This document shows, piece by piece, positions 13,829 through 25,562 of a stretch of DNA of 64,000 nt. A program made the translations under genes and the position numbers. The stretch is from Dictyostelium discoideum (Eukaryota): NCBI GenBank assembly GCA_000004695.1, contig CM000153.2, forward strand, positions 3,264,001-3,328,000, given 5' to 3'. Position 1 is the first letter of the stretch; each line of letters opens with the position of its first letter. Under the pieces are notes generated by a model. That model did not search any database. It was not told where the DNA came from and was given only the letters and a program-made list of their open reading frames with translations.

Positions 13829-14322
13829 TTCATTCTTTAATTTAAAAATATAAAATAAATTTTTTTTTTTTTTTTTTTTTTTTTTAAACGGTTCTTATAT
13901 TTTTAAGAACCCACACCAAAAATAAAAAATATTATAATTCCCATTTTTTTTTTTTTTATTTAAATTATTTTTTCCAAATTATATTCATTTTCTAATTTTT
14001 TACCCATTTAAAACAGTTTTCAAATAAGGTAAGAGTGTTTAAACTTTTTTTTTTTTTTATTTTTTTTTTTTTTATTTTTTTTATTTCCTTATATTGATTT
14101 TGTTTTTTTAAATTTAATTATTATTTTTTTTACAAATTGATTTTTTTTATTATTTTATTTATAATTATGTTGAATTTATGATTTTATATAATTTTATAAT
14201 AACAATCTTAACTTCAACACTTTAAATCTAAGCACAAAACCCAAAGTTAGAACTCCAGCTACCTAACAGTTATATATATATTAAAAAAAAAAATAATTAG
14301 AATTTAATTATTAATATAAATA

Positions 14323-14712
14323 TTATATAGATATATTATATTTTTTGATCAAAAAAAAAATAATAATAATAGTAATAATAATAATAATAATAAAATATAT
14401 GATACATACTAAAATCTCTTTTGAACTTATTACTCTTAAAAATACAGATACTAAATATTGAACTCTATTTGAATTTTCTAAATTCTCTTCCACTATTGGT
14501 TTAAATCCTTTGATTTTAAATGCTAATAGTCTACCATCAAAATTTGGTTGTGCAACTGATGATTCCAATACAATATAAGGTATGTAAAATATTGTTGGCT
14601 CATCATTTTTAGTTTCTTCACCATTATAACTAAAAATTTCAAAGTTATCAACACTGATTCCATAAATTCTCAAAAATGCAAGACTTACAAAGTTATCAAC
14701 ACTATTTGTCAT
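14323..14712 (-). CDS. Hypothetical protein, 5' exon(s); likely true start ATG at 14712 (MTNSVDNF...), GTATGT donor near 14411; 3' end not resolved
   Basis: The ORF track gives 14323..14733, but the first 7 residues come from an alternative start inside the repeat array. Translation is MTNSVDNFVSLAFLRIYGISVDNFEIFSYNGEETKNDEPTIFYIPYIVLESSVAQPNFDGRLLAFKIKGFKPIVEENLENSNRVQYLVSVFLRVIS. No homology recognised. Confidence 0.3.
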   Translation of the reverse strand: MTNSVDNFVSLAFLRIYGISVDNFEIFSYNGEETKNDEPTIFYIPYIVLESSVAQPNFDGRLLAFKIKGFKPIVEENLENSNRVQYLVSVFLRVISSKEILVCIIYFIIIIIITIIIIFFLIKKYNISI

Positions 14713-14905
14713 TAAAACTGAACTCAGTTGCAAATTTCATTTAACCAAAAACATACAAAGTTATCAACACTATTTGTCATTAAAACTGTACTGAGTTTGT
14801 TTCAAATTTCAATTTACAAAAGACATACAAAGTTATCAACACTATTTGCCCAATTTGTAAATTTAAGGGAAAGGGACACACAAAGTTATCAACACTATTT
14901 GTCCT
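14636..14905. repeat. Array of 5 dispersed-tandem copies (spacing about 53-72 bp) of the motif CAAAGTTATCAACACT(ATTTGTCAT); it is the reverse complement of ATGACAAATAGTGTTGATAACTTTG, i.e. the start codon plus first 8 codons of the gene at 14323..14712
   Basis: Direct read: copies at about 14637, 14690, 14757, 14829 and 14881 on the + strand. Copies 2 and 3 retain an intact ATG on the minus strand; copies 4 and 5 are degenerate (ATTTGCCCA, ATTTGTCCT). Confidence 0.75.
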
Positions 14906-15051
14906 TTGAAAAAAAAATTAATTTCTAAATTAAATAAAATAAAGTTAAAGTTTTCATTTAAAGTTTAAATTTTTTATTTTTTTATTTTTATTTACATTAT
15001 TTATTTATACAATTATATTTTTATTTTTATTTATACAATTTTATTTTTATT

Positions 15052-15333
15052 TTACAAGTAGATAGTTGAATATTCATCGTCATCGTAATAAAGGTCAGAA
15101 TCATATGTTGATTCAACACTTGACAAACTATTTATAGAATCTGATAGAGATTGTATTGTTGTTTTAAATGATAAATTATCCTTTCTTAATAATTCCATTT
15201 CTAATTTTAATTTTTTAATTTCTTGAAAAATTTTATCCTCTTGTTTTTCATTATTTTCTTTCATTGAATCAATTTCTTTATTAATAGAATGGAAATCATT
15301 TTTTAAAGATGTGATTACTTCTTTTAATGACAT
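15052..15333 (-). CDS. Hypothetical small coiled-coil protein (93 aa)
   Basis: MSLKEVITSLKNDFHSINKEIDSMKENNEKQEDKIFQEIKKLKLEMELLRKDNLSFKTTIQSLSDSINSLSSVESTYDSDLYYDDDEYSTIYL*. Heptad-rich, with an acidic C-terminus, flanked upstream by an (ATT)n microsatellite. No homology recognised. Confidence 0.35.
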   Translation of the reverse strand: MSLKEVITSLKNDFHSINKEIDSMKENNEKQEDKIFQEIKKLKLEMELLRKDNLSFKTTIQSLSDSINSLSSVESTYDSDLYYDDDEYSTIYL

Positions 15334-15341
15334 TATTATTA

Positions 15342-15355
15342 TTATTATAATTATA

Positions 15356-15454
<99 letters not shown>

Positions 15455-15455
15455 G
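15342..15455. repeat. (ATT)n / (TTA)n intergenic microsatellite of about 114 bp, followed by a (TATTTATT)n-like tract 15470-15535
   Basis: Direct read. Confidence 0.9.
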
Positions 15456-15502
15456 TATAATTTTTTTTATTTATTTATTTTTATTTATTTATTTATTTTT
15501 TT

Positions 15503-15533
<31 letters not shown>

Positions 15534-15816
15534 CAAATTTTAAAATAATAATACAACATGTAACTTTTTTAAGAGTTATTTTTATTTTACAAAATTATTG
15601 AAAAAAAAAAAAAAAACCAACAAAAAAAAAAATAAGAAAAAAAAATAAAATAATAATAAAATGAAATCACTGAATTGTTTCAAATTATTTTTAAAAAAAA
15701 CCCCTACGGTTTTTATTATAATCATTTTGATCAAAATTTTTTTTTTTTTTTTTTTTTTGGAAGTAAAAAACAATAATAATACAACAGAATTGATTTAAAA
15801 TAATCTCTTTTTAAAT

Positions 15817-17308
15817 TTAAAATTTATCAAGATTTTTAATTCTGCCACCCATTTGAATATCAACAGTGGAACCTTGAGGTCTTAATTCAATGTTATTTGT
15901 ATTTTTTTTTGAATTTCCATTCTTCTTCTTTTTAATTAAAACAATGGCAACAACAATAATTGCAATTAGTGCAAGACCACCTAGAATTGGACCAATGATA
16001 ACACCAATATTTGTTTTCTTTTTATTTTCAGAACCACAATCATCGCCATCATAATCTTCAACACATTGGCATTGACCAACTGTAGTATTACATAAACCAC
16101 CATTAAAACATGAAACTGAACAACTAACACCACTACAATCTATACCTTCATAACCTTGAGTGCATGAACATTCACCAACTGTTGTATTACATGAACCACC
16201 ATTTAAACATTGTGGAACTGTACAATCCTTTGTACCACAATTATCACCATAAAAGTCATTAATACATTGACATTGACCAACTGTTGTATTACATGAACCA
16301 CCATTTAAACATGAAACTGAACAACCAATACCACTACAATCTATACCTTCATAACCTTGAGTGCATGAACATTCACCAACTGTAGTATTACATGAACCAC
16401 CATTTAAACATTGTGGAACTGTACAATCCTTTGTATCACAATCATCACCATAAAAGCCATTTATGCATGAACATTCACCAACTGTTGTATTACATGAACC
16501 ACCATTTAAACATGAAACTGAACAACTAATACCACTGCAATCTACACCTTCATAACCTTGAGGACATGAACATTCACCAACTGTAGTATTACATGAACCA
16601 CTATTTAAACATGAAGCTGAACAACTAATACCACTGCAATCCGTACCTTCATAACCTTGAGCGCACGAACATTCACCAACTGTTGTATTACATGAACCAC
16701 CATTTAAACATTGTGGAACTGTACAATCTTTTAATTCACAATAATCACCATAATGATCATTTATACATTGGCAACCAGTGAGTGGATTACAAGTACCCCC
16801 ATTTAAACATTTTGTATCACAATTTGCATTTGGTTGACCAATGAATTTAATTGATTGTACTTGATTACCATATTTCATTAATATAGTTCTATTAAATAGC
16901 TGAGGTGACAATGAAACTGTTATTTTTGGTAAAACATCATTTGCAATTGATTTACTCTCATCACCAAATAATATTAATTCAATTCTAACTCTTGTATTAT
17001 TATTAAATGTTATTGAATATATTGAACTATCGAAACTAGGATCAATAATAAATTGATCTTCATTTGCTGGATTTTCAATTGTTAATGTAACAATTCTAAT
17101 TGCGCATTGTCCAACTTCTGAATTAATATTATTTTCAAATAATTTATAAATTGAGTTTGACATTGGATTTGGTTGAAATAATTTACTAATTATTGAAATT
17201 GAACCAATCGAAGTTTGACCATATATTGTATAAATATCTAAATATGAACCTGTTACTAATATAGATGCTGTCTGATAGAATAGAATTATTTAAAAGTTAA
17301 TAATAATG

Positions 17309-17391
<83 letters not shown>

Positions 17392-18948
17392 TGATTTAAT
17401 ATAATATTACTTACAATATCATCAATACCATCAGAGTTATAATCACCAATATCAATAGCCGCAGCATAGCCATTAATTGACATTTTTGAACAATCACCAA
17501 CTTGATCTTTTAAATAAATTGGATTTGAAGCATAATTTTTATTATTACCATACAAAATGGTGAATGGGATGTCAGTGTTACCACTGAATAAAAAATCTGC
17601 AAATCCATCATTATTTATATCCCCCAATCTAGGAGAAAAAGCCCAGCTATAGATGTTGCCAACAACTGCTATAACCAAACCATCCGATGGATTTAGATTT
17701 ATACTTAATGTTGTTGTTGGTGGATATTCTGTTTTACCCAAACCAAAAAAGCTATATAGTCACCCCCCGAAGTAAGTCTTGTAAGAATCTAAAATTATTT
17801 AATAAAATGTAAAAATAAGTATAATAACAATAAAGAATAATAAAGAATAAGAATAATCAAAAAATAATAAAGAATAAATTACACCAAAATCATTTAGTCC
17901 ATCATTATTAAAATCTCCAAAAGCATTTGGATGAACATTATTATTTGTTGTGCAACCTAAAAAGCTGAAACTGGTACCTTTGACACCATCATAAACTGGG
18001 ATATATGGTGAGGTAAAAGGGCCTCTACTACCATAAATAATATCGATTGCTATCTGTCCCCTATTTATCATTATATCACCAATCCCATCATTATTCATAT
18101 CATAAGGATAAGCCGCATATGAATTGAAATTATTAATTAAAAAACCATTACTCCCATTTAATGTTGAAGGGTCAAATTCAAACTGTGAATTAACTTGAAA
18201 TTTACCACCGTTTATACCAAATATCATATATGAAATTGGTGTTCCTGAAGTTGCATAAGTTCCTATACTTGCAGAGACCTAAAAAAAAAAAAAAAAAAAA
18301 AATATGTGTTAATACCCATGTGAATACCCCTTTTAAAAACAAAATAAAAAAATAAAAAAAATCTGTACCTACAAATAAATCTTTAATTGAGTCACCATTG
18401 AAATCAATGATTGATCTTACAAACCCAAATGCAATATTAGAGGACGAAACGTGAGAAATATAGAAACCATTATTACCATTCACTGTCGAAAAAGTAGAAG
18501 GTGATATAATTTGATCAGTACCATAGATAACACAAAGTTTTCCTGGTATAATATGTAAAAAAAGAGCAATATCGTCAAACCCATCATTATTTATATCACC
18601 AACAGCTATATTATTCATTCGAACAGTAGCATTTAAAAAAATAAAACCATTTGAACCGTTGATCTTTGATATGTCTGTTTGAAAATTAAAATTACTTGCT
18701 AATGGCCCATAAAATACATATAGTCCTTCTGAATTTATAGCATATATCAAATCATCATTACCATCACCGTTCAAGTCTCCATGTGCAATTGAAATTAAAC
18801 TTCTGCCTTCTGTTATTAAAAACCCATTTATTGAATTAATTTGAGAAAATGATGTTGGAAAAATTGAAATTACAACATTGAAATTATAATTTAAAATATA
18901 AAATAAAAATAAAATATAAAAAAAGTTTACCTTATATTTTTCTGTCAT
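15817..18948 (-). CDS. Type-I transmembrane adhesion-receptor-like protein: signal peptide, roughly 7 FG-GAP (integrin-alpha-type beta-propeller) repeats, 7 tenascin-type EGF repeats, TM helix, short basic tail. Four exons (minus): 18373..18948, 17883(or 17885)..18278, 17415..17728(or ..17751), 15817..17271
   Basis: FG-GAP signatures across exons: IAHGDLNGDGNDDLIYAI...YVFYG, IAVGDINNDGFDDIALF...VIYG, DFNGDSIKDLF, AFGDFNNDGLNDF, LGDINNDGFADFLFS...ILYG and DIGDYNSDGIDDI|TASILVTGSYLDIYTIYG. The terminal exon has 7 near-identical units CLNGGSCNTTVGECSC.QGYEG.DCSGISCS.SCLN, then TM IGVIIGPILGGLALIAIIVVAIVLI and KKKKNGNSKKN... The exon 2/3 junction is ambiguous: all three frames carry stops between 17741 and 17788, leaving either a GTGTAA phase-1 donor plus AACAG|AA acceptor, or an unrecognised micro-exon. 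Intron 3 contains an (AAT)n run. Confidence 0.7.
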
Positions 18949-19530
18949 TTTTTGTTAAAAAGGTAACTTTTTTTTCTGATTTTGAATTTTATCGAAATGT
19001 ATTAAATGCTTTTTTTTTTTTTTTTTTTTAAAAAAAATAAGGTCCGTTTTCTATTTTTTACACAAACGACGGTTTTTTTTTTTTTTGGCGAAAAAGATAT
19101 TTTTAAAAAATAAAATCTTTTATTTTGATTGAATTTTAAAATAATCACATGATAATTTCTTTAAATTTTAATATTTAAAAAAAAAAAAAAAATAAAAAAA
19201 AACAAAACTTTTTAAAATAATCATTTTAATTTTAAAACAAAAAAAAAAAAATTATATATAACTTTTGAAAATAAAAAAATAATTTTTTTTTTAATAAAAC
19301 CAATTCAAAACATTATTTAAATTAAACCAAGATAAAAAATTTTTAAAATAGATTTCAAATTTTTATAAAATAATATCCAACAATTTTTGACATTCGATCG
19401 TTTGCCAGATTTTCAAATAATATTTTTTTTTTTTTTATTTTTTTTTTTTTATTTGTTTTCTAAAAAATTGGAAAATATCTTCATCCATAAAATTTGTTAT
19501 TTGATTAAATTTAATTACAACTTTATTTAT

Positions 19531-19911
19531 TTATTTACAAATTTTCTTTTTTAATTTTTTTTTTTTTTTTTTTTTATTGATAAAACCTTTACATTTCTTT
19601 AAATAAAAACCATCATCTTCTTCAATTTCTTCAGCCCATTCAAAGATTGCCTCTTCAGAGATAACATCATTTTCATCACAAAAATCTTGAATTTTAAAGA
19701 TAAGATCTACCATACTATCTTCTCTTGAGAATTTAACCAACAATAAAACTGGTAAAATACTTGTTAAACAATCTAAACCATCTCTATCATAAGCGAATTT
19801 CAAACCATTGATTTCTAATTGAATATTCTCTAAAGGTAATTTCTCTATAATACCACGTCTAATTGTATCACCAACTTCACGATGAAATTTAACTGAATCA
19901 GGTTCAATTGG

Positions 19912-20007
<96 letters not shown>

Positions 20008-20217
20008 GTTGTTGTTGTTATTGTTATTGTTACAATTTGAACCTGTCATACAAATTACTTGAACACCTGGAAGATCATGCCATCTTGATGATTGAATATA
20101 TTCTTTAATTTGTGATGCATGTGCACAACAAAATACAAATATTTGTTGTACTCCTGATGCTGCTAAAAATTCTAATGTATAATCTAATAATGGTATATTA
20201 ACTAATGGTAATAATGT
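19531..20217 (-). CDS. eIF2B-epsilon-like ORF: N-terminal nucleotidyl-transferase fragment plus C-terminal W2 (AA-box) domain joined by an Asn tract of about 45 residues. It lacks the central left-handed beta-helix region and has no in-frame ATG before the NT-domain fragment. Truncated paralog or pseudogene-like remnant; first ATG is at 20049.
   Basis: Open frame from acceptor TTTAAATAG|ACA (20217): [62 protein letters not shown](N)45[118 protein letters not shown]. From memory, the N-terminal part matches human EIF2B5 [38 protein letters not shown] and the C-terminal part matches ENIVLEINSLKYAYN. No upstream coding exon is detectable in 20218..20317 before the T67 run. Confidence 0.45.
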
Positions 20218-20315
20218 CTATTTAAAAAAAAAAAATAATATATTAGCATTTTAATCTTGAATTTCACCCCTCTAATTGGGTTGAGTGTTTTTGGATTTTA
20301 ATTTGAATTCCCGAG

Positions 20316-20317
<2 letters not shown>

Positions 20318-20384
<67 letters not shown>
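20318..20384. repeat. Homopolymer T(67) in the divergent intergenic region
   Basis: Direct read; 67 consecutive T on the + strand. Confidence 0.95.
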
Positions 20385-20385
<1 letters not shown>

Positions 20386-20414
20386 GCACACACAAACACT
20401 CTCATAAATGGAGA

Positions 20415-21075
20415 ATGATTCAAAACGCATTTTTATATTTAAAGATAATCATTCTGATAGTAATAACAAATAATGTAAACTCACAATTAATTGATATTTA
20501 TTTCAGTAATAGTTATGATGATTTAAATGGTAATGGCACCATATCAAACCCATATCAAAATTTATGTTTACTTAATCAAATTTTAAATTCAAATAATAAT
20601 AATAATAATAATAACGATAATATAAATAGTTCAATAATAATAATAAATATTGATTATGGTGATTACAATTTAAATTGTTCATCATTTTTAATAATAAATA
20701 ACTTTAATAATATTTCATTCATACCTTATAAATCAAATAATAATAATAATAATAATGAAATTGTAAATTTAAATAATATAACCACATTAAAGATACTTAA
20801 TTCAAATTTAGGATTTGATGGGTTAATAACAATAATAACGAATCAAATAGAGATTTCATATAGTAGAATCATATTCAACAATGGATCAAAACTTTATTTC
20901 AACATAGAAAGATATGAACATTCAACACACTTTCAATGCTCAAATATTACATTTTCAAATTCAACATTTCTTTTAAAAAGAGATGAAAACTACCTTGTAT
21001 CAGAATCTAGTTCATTCGAATTTTTAGATTCATCTTTAGAAAATATATCTTTAATATTTAATAATAACCTATATT

Positions 21076-21153
<78 letters not shown>

Positions 21154-24100
21154 GTATTGGTAATAGTAGTAGAATTAGTAGTGGTAGTAGTAGTAGTAGT
21201 TATTTTTTATCAATGTTTAATTGTAATGCAACATTGATTTATTTCAGGATGAATGGATTTGGAAATGTTTTAATTAATAATTCATTATTAAATGATATAT
21301 CAATTAGAATAGAAGGTAGTTTTATAGTTAATATTAATAGTTCAGATATTTATGCAACTTCATTAGATCCACTTTTCATGGTGGCGAATATGGATATAGA
21401 AAGATCACTTTTAAATATAATAAATTCAAATATTTACTATTTAAATGATTCTGAGTATCCTTTAGCAATTATAGTTAAAAATAGTTTACTAAATATAAGT
21501 GGTTGTAATATAAATGGAAACTTTAAAAGAATTTATCCTCAAGCATTAATAAATGTTGCTGGTACTCCTTCATCATCATCATCAAATGATAGTAGTAGTG
21601 GTAGTAGTAGTAGTAGTAGTTGTATAGATAATGAAGCTTTATTAATTTTAGAGAATTCAAAGATTTCAAATTTTAATTCACCAAATAAATTTATTTTTTC
21701 AATTTGTTCAACTATTTTTATAAATAATATTACATTTTATTCAAATTCATACTCAACATTTTTATATATTAATAGTAGTAGTATTGTTAATTTAGATAAT
21801 ATTATAATGAAATGTGATGATATGAATAGATTTGAATATTTATTTTTAGCACTACCATCATCGTCATCATCATCATCATCAAATATAACAATTAATAATG
21901 TTTATATGAGTTGTGTTGGTATGTTTGAATTTGAAAATTGTAGAATTGAAATTTCAAATTTTAGTTTAGAATCATTTTCAAAACCTTCAACTATTAGGCT
22001 AAGTCATTCAAGTGAATTAATAATTAGGAATGGTGTTTTTATTTCAAGTATATTCAAAATTAAATCTTTTATGTTTTATTTAGAGCAGAATAGTAGGTTG
22101 GTCATTATAAATTGTCAATTTATAGATAGCACTACCAATATTATTTTCTCAAGAAATTCAGAAACAGTTTTACAATATTCAAATTTTTCAAATATAATAC
22201 CATATGGTGGTGGCAGTGGTGGTGATACATTTAATTCAAATTCAATTTTCTACTTTTCAAAAAGTTTATTACAAATTGAAAATTGTAATTTTAATCAAAC
22301 TCAAACTTTATCATCCCTATTTTATATGGAATTTTCAGAGAATGTAATTATAAAATCAACAAGATTTGAAAGAGTTGGTGATACTATTTTAAAAAGTTAC
22401 TTTTCAAACAACAATATTATCATTGATGATATTTATGTAGTGAATTGTAGTACTACACAGAGTGAGTTATTCTTTTTAACGTTTAATGAAAATGTTGTAA
22501 TTGGAAATTCAACTTTTAAAAATAATCATGGTATTGGTTATACTTTATTTACTATTAATGGTTGTTTACATTTTGAAATTAGTAAAACAATGATTTCAGA
22601 TAACTCTTTCTCATCAATTTTTAAAGAATCAAATTCAAATGCCATTCTACTAAATTCAATAATCTCAAATGGTAATACAGTTGATGATTTTTATAAATCT
22701 TCAAATTGTTCTTCCCTTTCAATTGATACTTTTAATTTTACAAATAATTATGTTAATTCAATATTCACAATAAATAAAATCACATCCAAAATTCAACTTT
22801 CAAATATTATAATTACAAATAATTATTTCACTAAAATAATTACAAAATTTAATCAATCTATAGTTGAAATTAATAATTTAACATTTATAGACAACATATT
22901 AATTGCACCTCAAAAATATGATTTGGATGGTGGTGGTGGTAGTAGTGGAGGTGGTGGTGGTGGTGGTGGATTATTCTTTGAAAATTGTCAAGTTATTTCT
23001 AAAGGTTTACAAATTTTAAATAATGAAATTTCAGTTAATTTAATTAATTTAAATGATTCTATATTATTAATTTCAGATGGTTTATTTGAAAATAATCAAA
23101 TTTCATCAAATTTTATTCATTCTGATTTTTCAACTGTTGCTTTATTTAATACAAAGGTATTGCATAATCAAGGTGGTGATGGTGGTGGTTCAACTTTATT
23201 TGTTATTCATAATTCAAATATTAATATAAGTGATTGTGAATTCTCTTTTAATAATCTTTATAAAAATGGTATGGGTTCAATTATTAATTTTGATAAATAT
23301 TTAAATAAATTTACTTATTTTCAAATTGAAAATACTTTATTTTCTTTCAATATTGCTAAATTTGGTCAATTATACTTTTCAGGTTATCCAAATGATCAAG
23401 ATGCATTTACAAATAGTAAAAATACATTTTCAAATAATACATTAATTTCAAATCATGCATCTTCACAAGGTGGTGCTATCTTTACAGAAAATTTCATTTT
23501 CTCTTTAAATATTTCAAATATTTTAAATTCAAATCATTTCGATAATAATACTTCATTATGTGGTGATAATTTCTCTTCAAGTATGTATTATTGTTTTTAT
23601 TTTTATTTTTATTTTTATTTTTAATAATTCTAATTTTTTTTTATTTTTTTTTATTAGGTTTAAAAGAAATTATTTTCATAGAAACTAATGGTACATTTTT
23701 AGTAAATGGAGTTGGAACTATTATCAATTATAATGCAGTGGATTTTTATAATAATGTATTCACCACATTATCTTCACCAATTCAAATTAGTATTACAAGT
23801 TTATCAAATAATGAAACACTGGTATTCACTGAAATGATTATTGGTGGTAAAGGAAGTTTTTTACATACTTTTATAGGACCACTTTATGAAAGATTTAAAA
23901 TTGAATTAAATTCCATACCATACTATTCAAATGTTTATTTAACACTTGGTGGATGTTTACCATTTCAATATATGAATAATTTAACATGTGAATATTGTCC
24001 AATAGGTTCATCATATAGTAATTCAATAGGTCAATGTTTTAAATGTAATCCTAATGCAGTGACATGTGTTGGTTCATTTGTAAATGTAAATACTGGATAT

Positions 24101-25240
24101 TATATGATCGATAATGAAATCTCAATGGTTGAACGATGTGCAAACGATATGTGTCTCTCAAATAATCAATGTCAATTTAAATATAGTTCAGGAGATTTAT
24201 GTTTCAGTTGTTTAGATCCAGACTCATCAACACCAACATTCATAGCAGCTAAACATGGAATTAATTGTTGTTCCCAATTTAAAGTATGGTTAATTGTACC
24301 ATTATTATTATTATATTTAGTTTCAGCATTAGTTCTCTCAATAATCAAATTAAATTTATTCACAACAATAATTGGACCAATAATAGTATTCCTTCAAATT
24401 AATTCAGTAGTTTTCTTTTCTTATAATGGTATTTACATTTTAGCATTCTTTAGAGTATCATTAGATATTTTAGATGGAATTTGTATTTTCAAAGGATTAA
24501 ATCATGGAGATAAAACATTAATTATATTATTAATTATAATAATAATGTTTTTAATTTCTTCAAGTGATTGGCTTCCTTTATGGTTATTTAGAAAATTAAA
24601 TTCAAATTTTAAATTATACAATTATTTAAAAAGAAATTTAAAAAAGAATAGAAATTTAAAGAAATCATCATCAACAACTCAACTTAATTATTTTATTAGA
24701 TCAAGATGGCAATTATTTCAAATCTTTATTATTCCATTAATATTCAATTCATTTACATTGATAATACCAAAGAAAATTAAAGATCAAACATTATTATTAG
24801 TAGATTTTTCAATTTTATTTGGATCATGGCAGAGTATAATTCAAATTTTCATTTCAGTTTTAGTAATAATATCAGCAATGGTATTTTTAATATTAAAATA
24901 TCAATTTTACAGCAAGGGTAAACTAAAGTTGTGGAGTTTCATTATAATTTTAAGATCAGTTTTATTTTCAATTCTATCAATTACATCAATTTTTAGCGAT
25001 AATGAATTTTATATGCCATCGATTATTCTAATTCAAATAGTCTATTCAAGTATTTACTTGTATTTGAAACCTTTAAAAGAAAAAATTGATAATAGTAATT
25101 TTATAAATTTAATTCAAATAATTATCTTTCTTTTCGCAGATTCAAGATTATTCCAACCAATTTCTCCCCATTATCTTGGCTTAATTTTAACTATTTTAAT
25201 TATTATTTTAAATTTATTTATAATAATAAAAACCTTTTAA
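20415..25240 (+). CDS. Paralog A of tandem family: signal peptide + large Asn/Ser-rich Pmp-like (GGAI / FxxN) beta-helix-type ectodomain + Cys-rich module + roughly 9-10 TM C-terminal domain (1582 aa); exons 20415..23580 and 23658..25240
   Basis: MIQNAFLYLKIIILIVITNNVNS|QLIDIYFSNSYDDLNGNGTISNPYQNLCLLNQILNS...; ...SSQGGAIFTENFIFSLNISNILNSNHFDNNTSLCGDNFSS. Donor TCA A|GTATGT, 77-nt intron, acceptor TTATTAG|GT, giving S-LKEIIFIETNGTFLVNGVG...CEYCPIGSSYSNSIGQCFKCNPNAVTCVGS...CANDMCLSNNQCQFKYSSGDLCFSCLDPD..HGINCC, then multiple TM helices. The two ORF-track ORFs 20415..23624 and 23591..25240 are joined by this intron. Confidence 0.75.
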
Positions 25241-25260
25241 ATTGTATTTGGCGGTTGCAG

Positions 25261-25296
<36 letters not shown>

Positions 25297-25381
25297 CAAA
25301 ATCTTTTTTTACTTTTTTTTTTTTTTTAATAAAAATCTTATTTTAAAAATAGTACTTTTAAAACAAATAAAAAGAAAGAAA

Positions 25382-25413
<32 letters not shown>

Positions 25414-25562
25414 TACGTGATCGCTGATTGGCTGGGCAAAAAATTAAAAAAAATCAAAATAAAAATGAAAATAAAAATGAAAATTCTCAAAAAAAAAAAA
25501 AAAAAAAATTGAAAACATAAACATTTTTATTCAAACCAAATTATTAGTTACATAAATGGAGA

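Noticed and set aside
20318-20384. T67 run considered as a poly-A tail of a non-LTR retrotransposon on the minus strand
   Set aside because: No retroelement ORFs, TSDs or element body on either side. The tract sits in a divergent promoter region where long A/T homopolymers are typical of this genome.
24172-24363. Identical 63-aa antisense ORFs (MNKFNLIIERTNAETKYNNNNGTINH.LNWEQQLIPCLAAMNVGVDESGSKQLKHKSPELYLN) at 24172-24363, 29219-29410 and 37087-37278
   Set aside because: They lie antisense inside the highly conserved Cys-rich coding exon of the three paralogs. Their conservation is explained by the sense-strand gene. No independent start or splice support.
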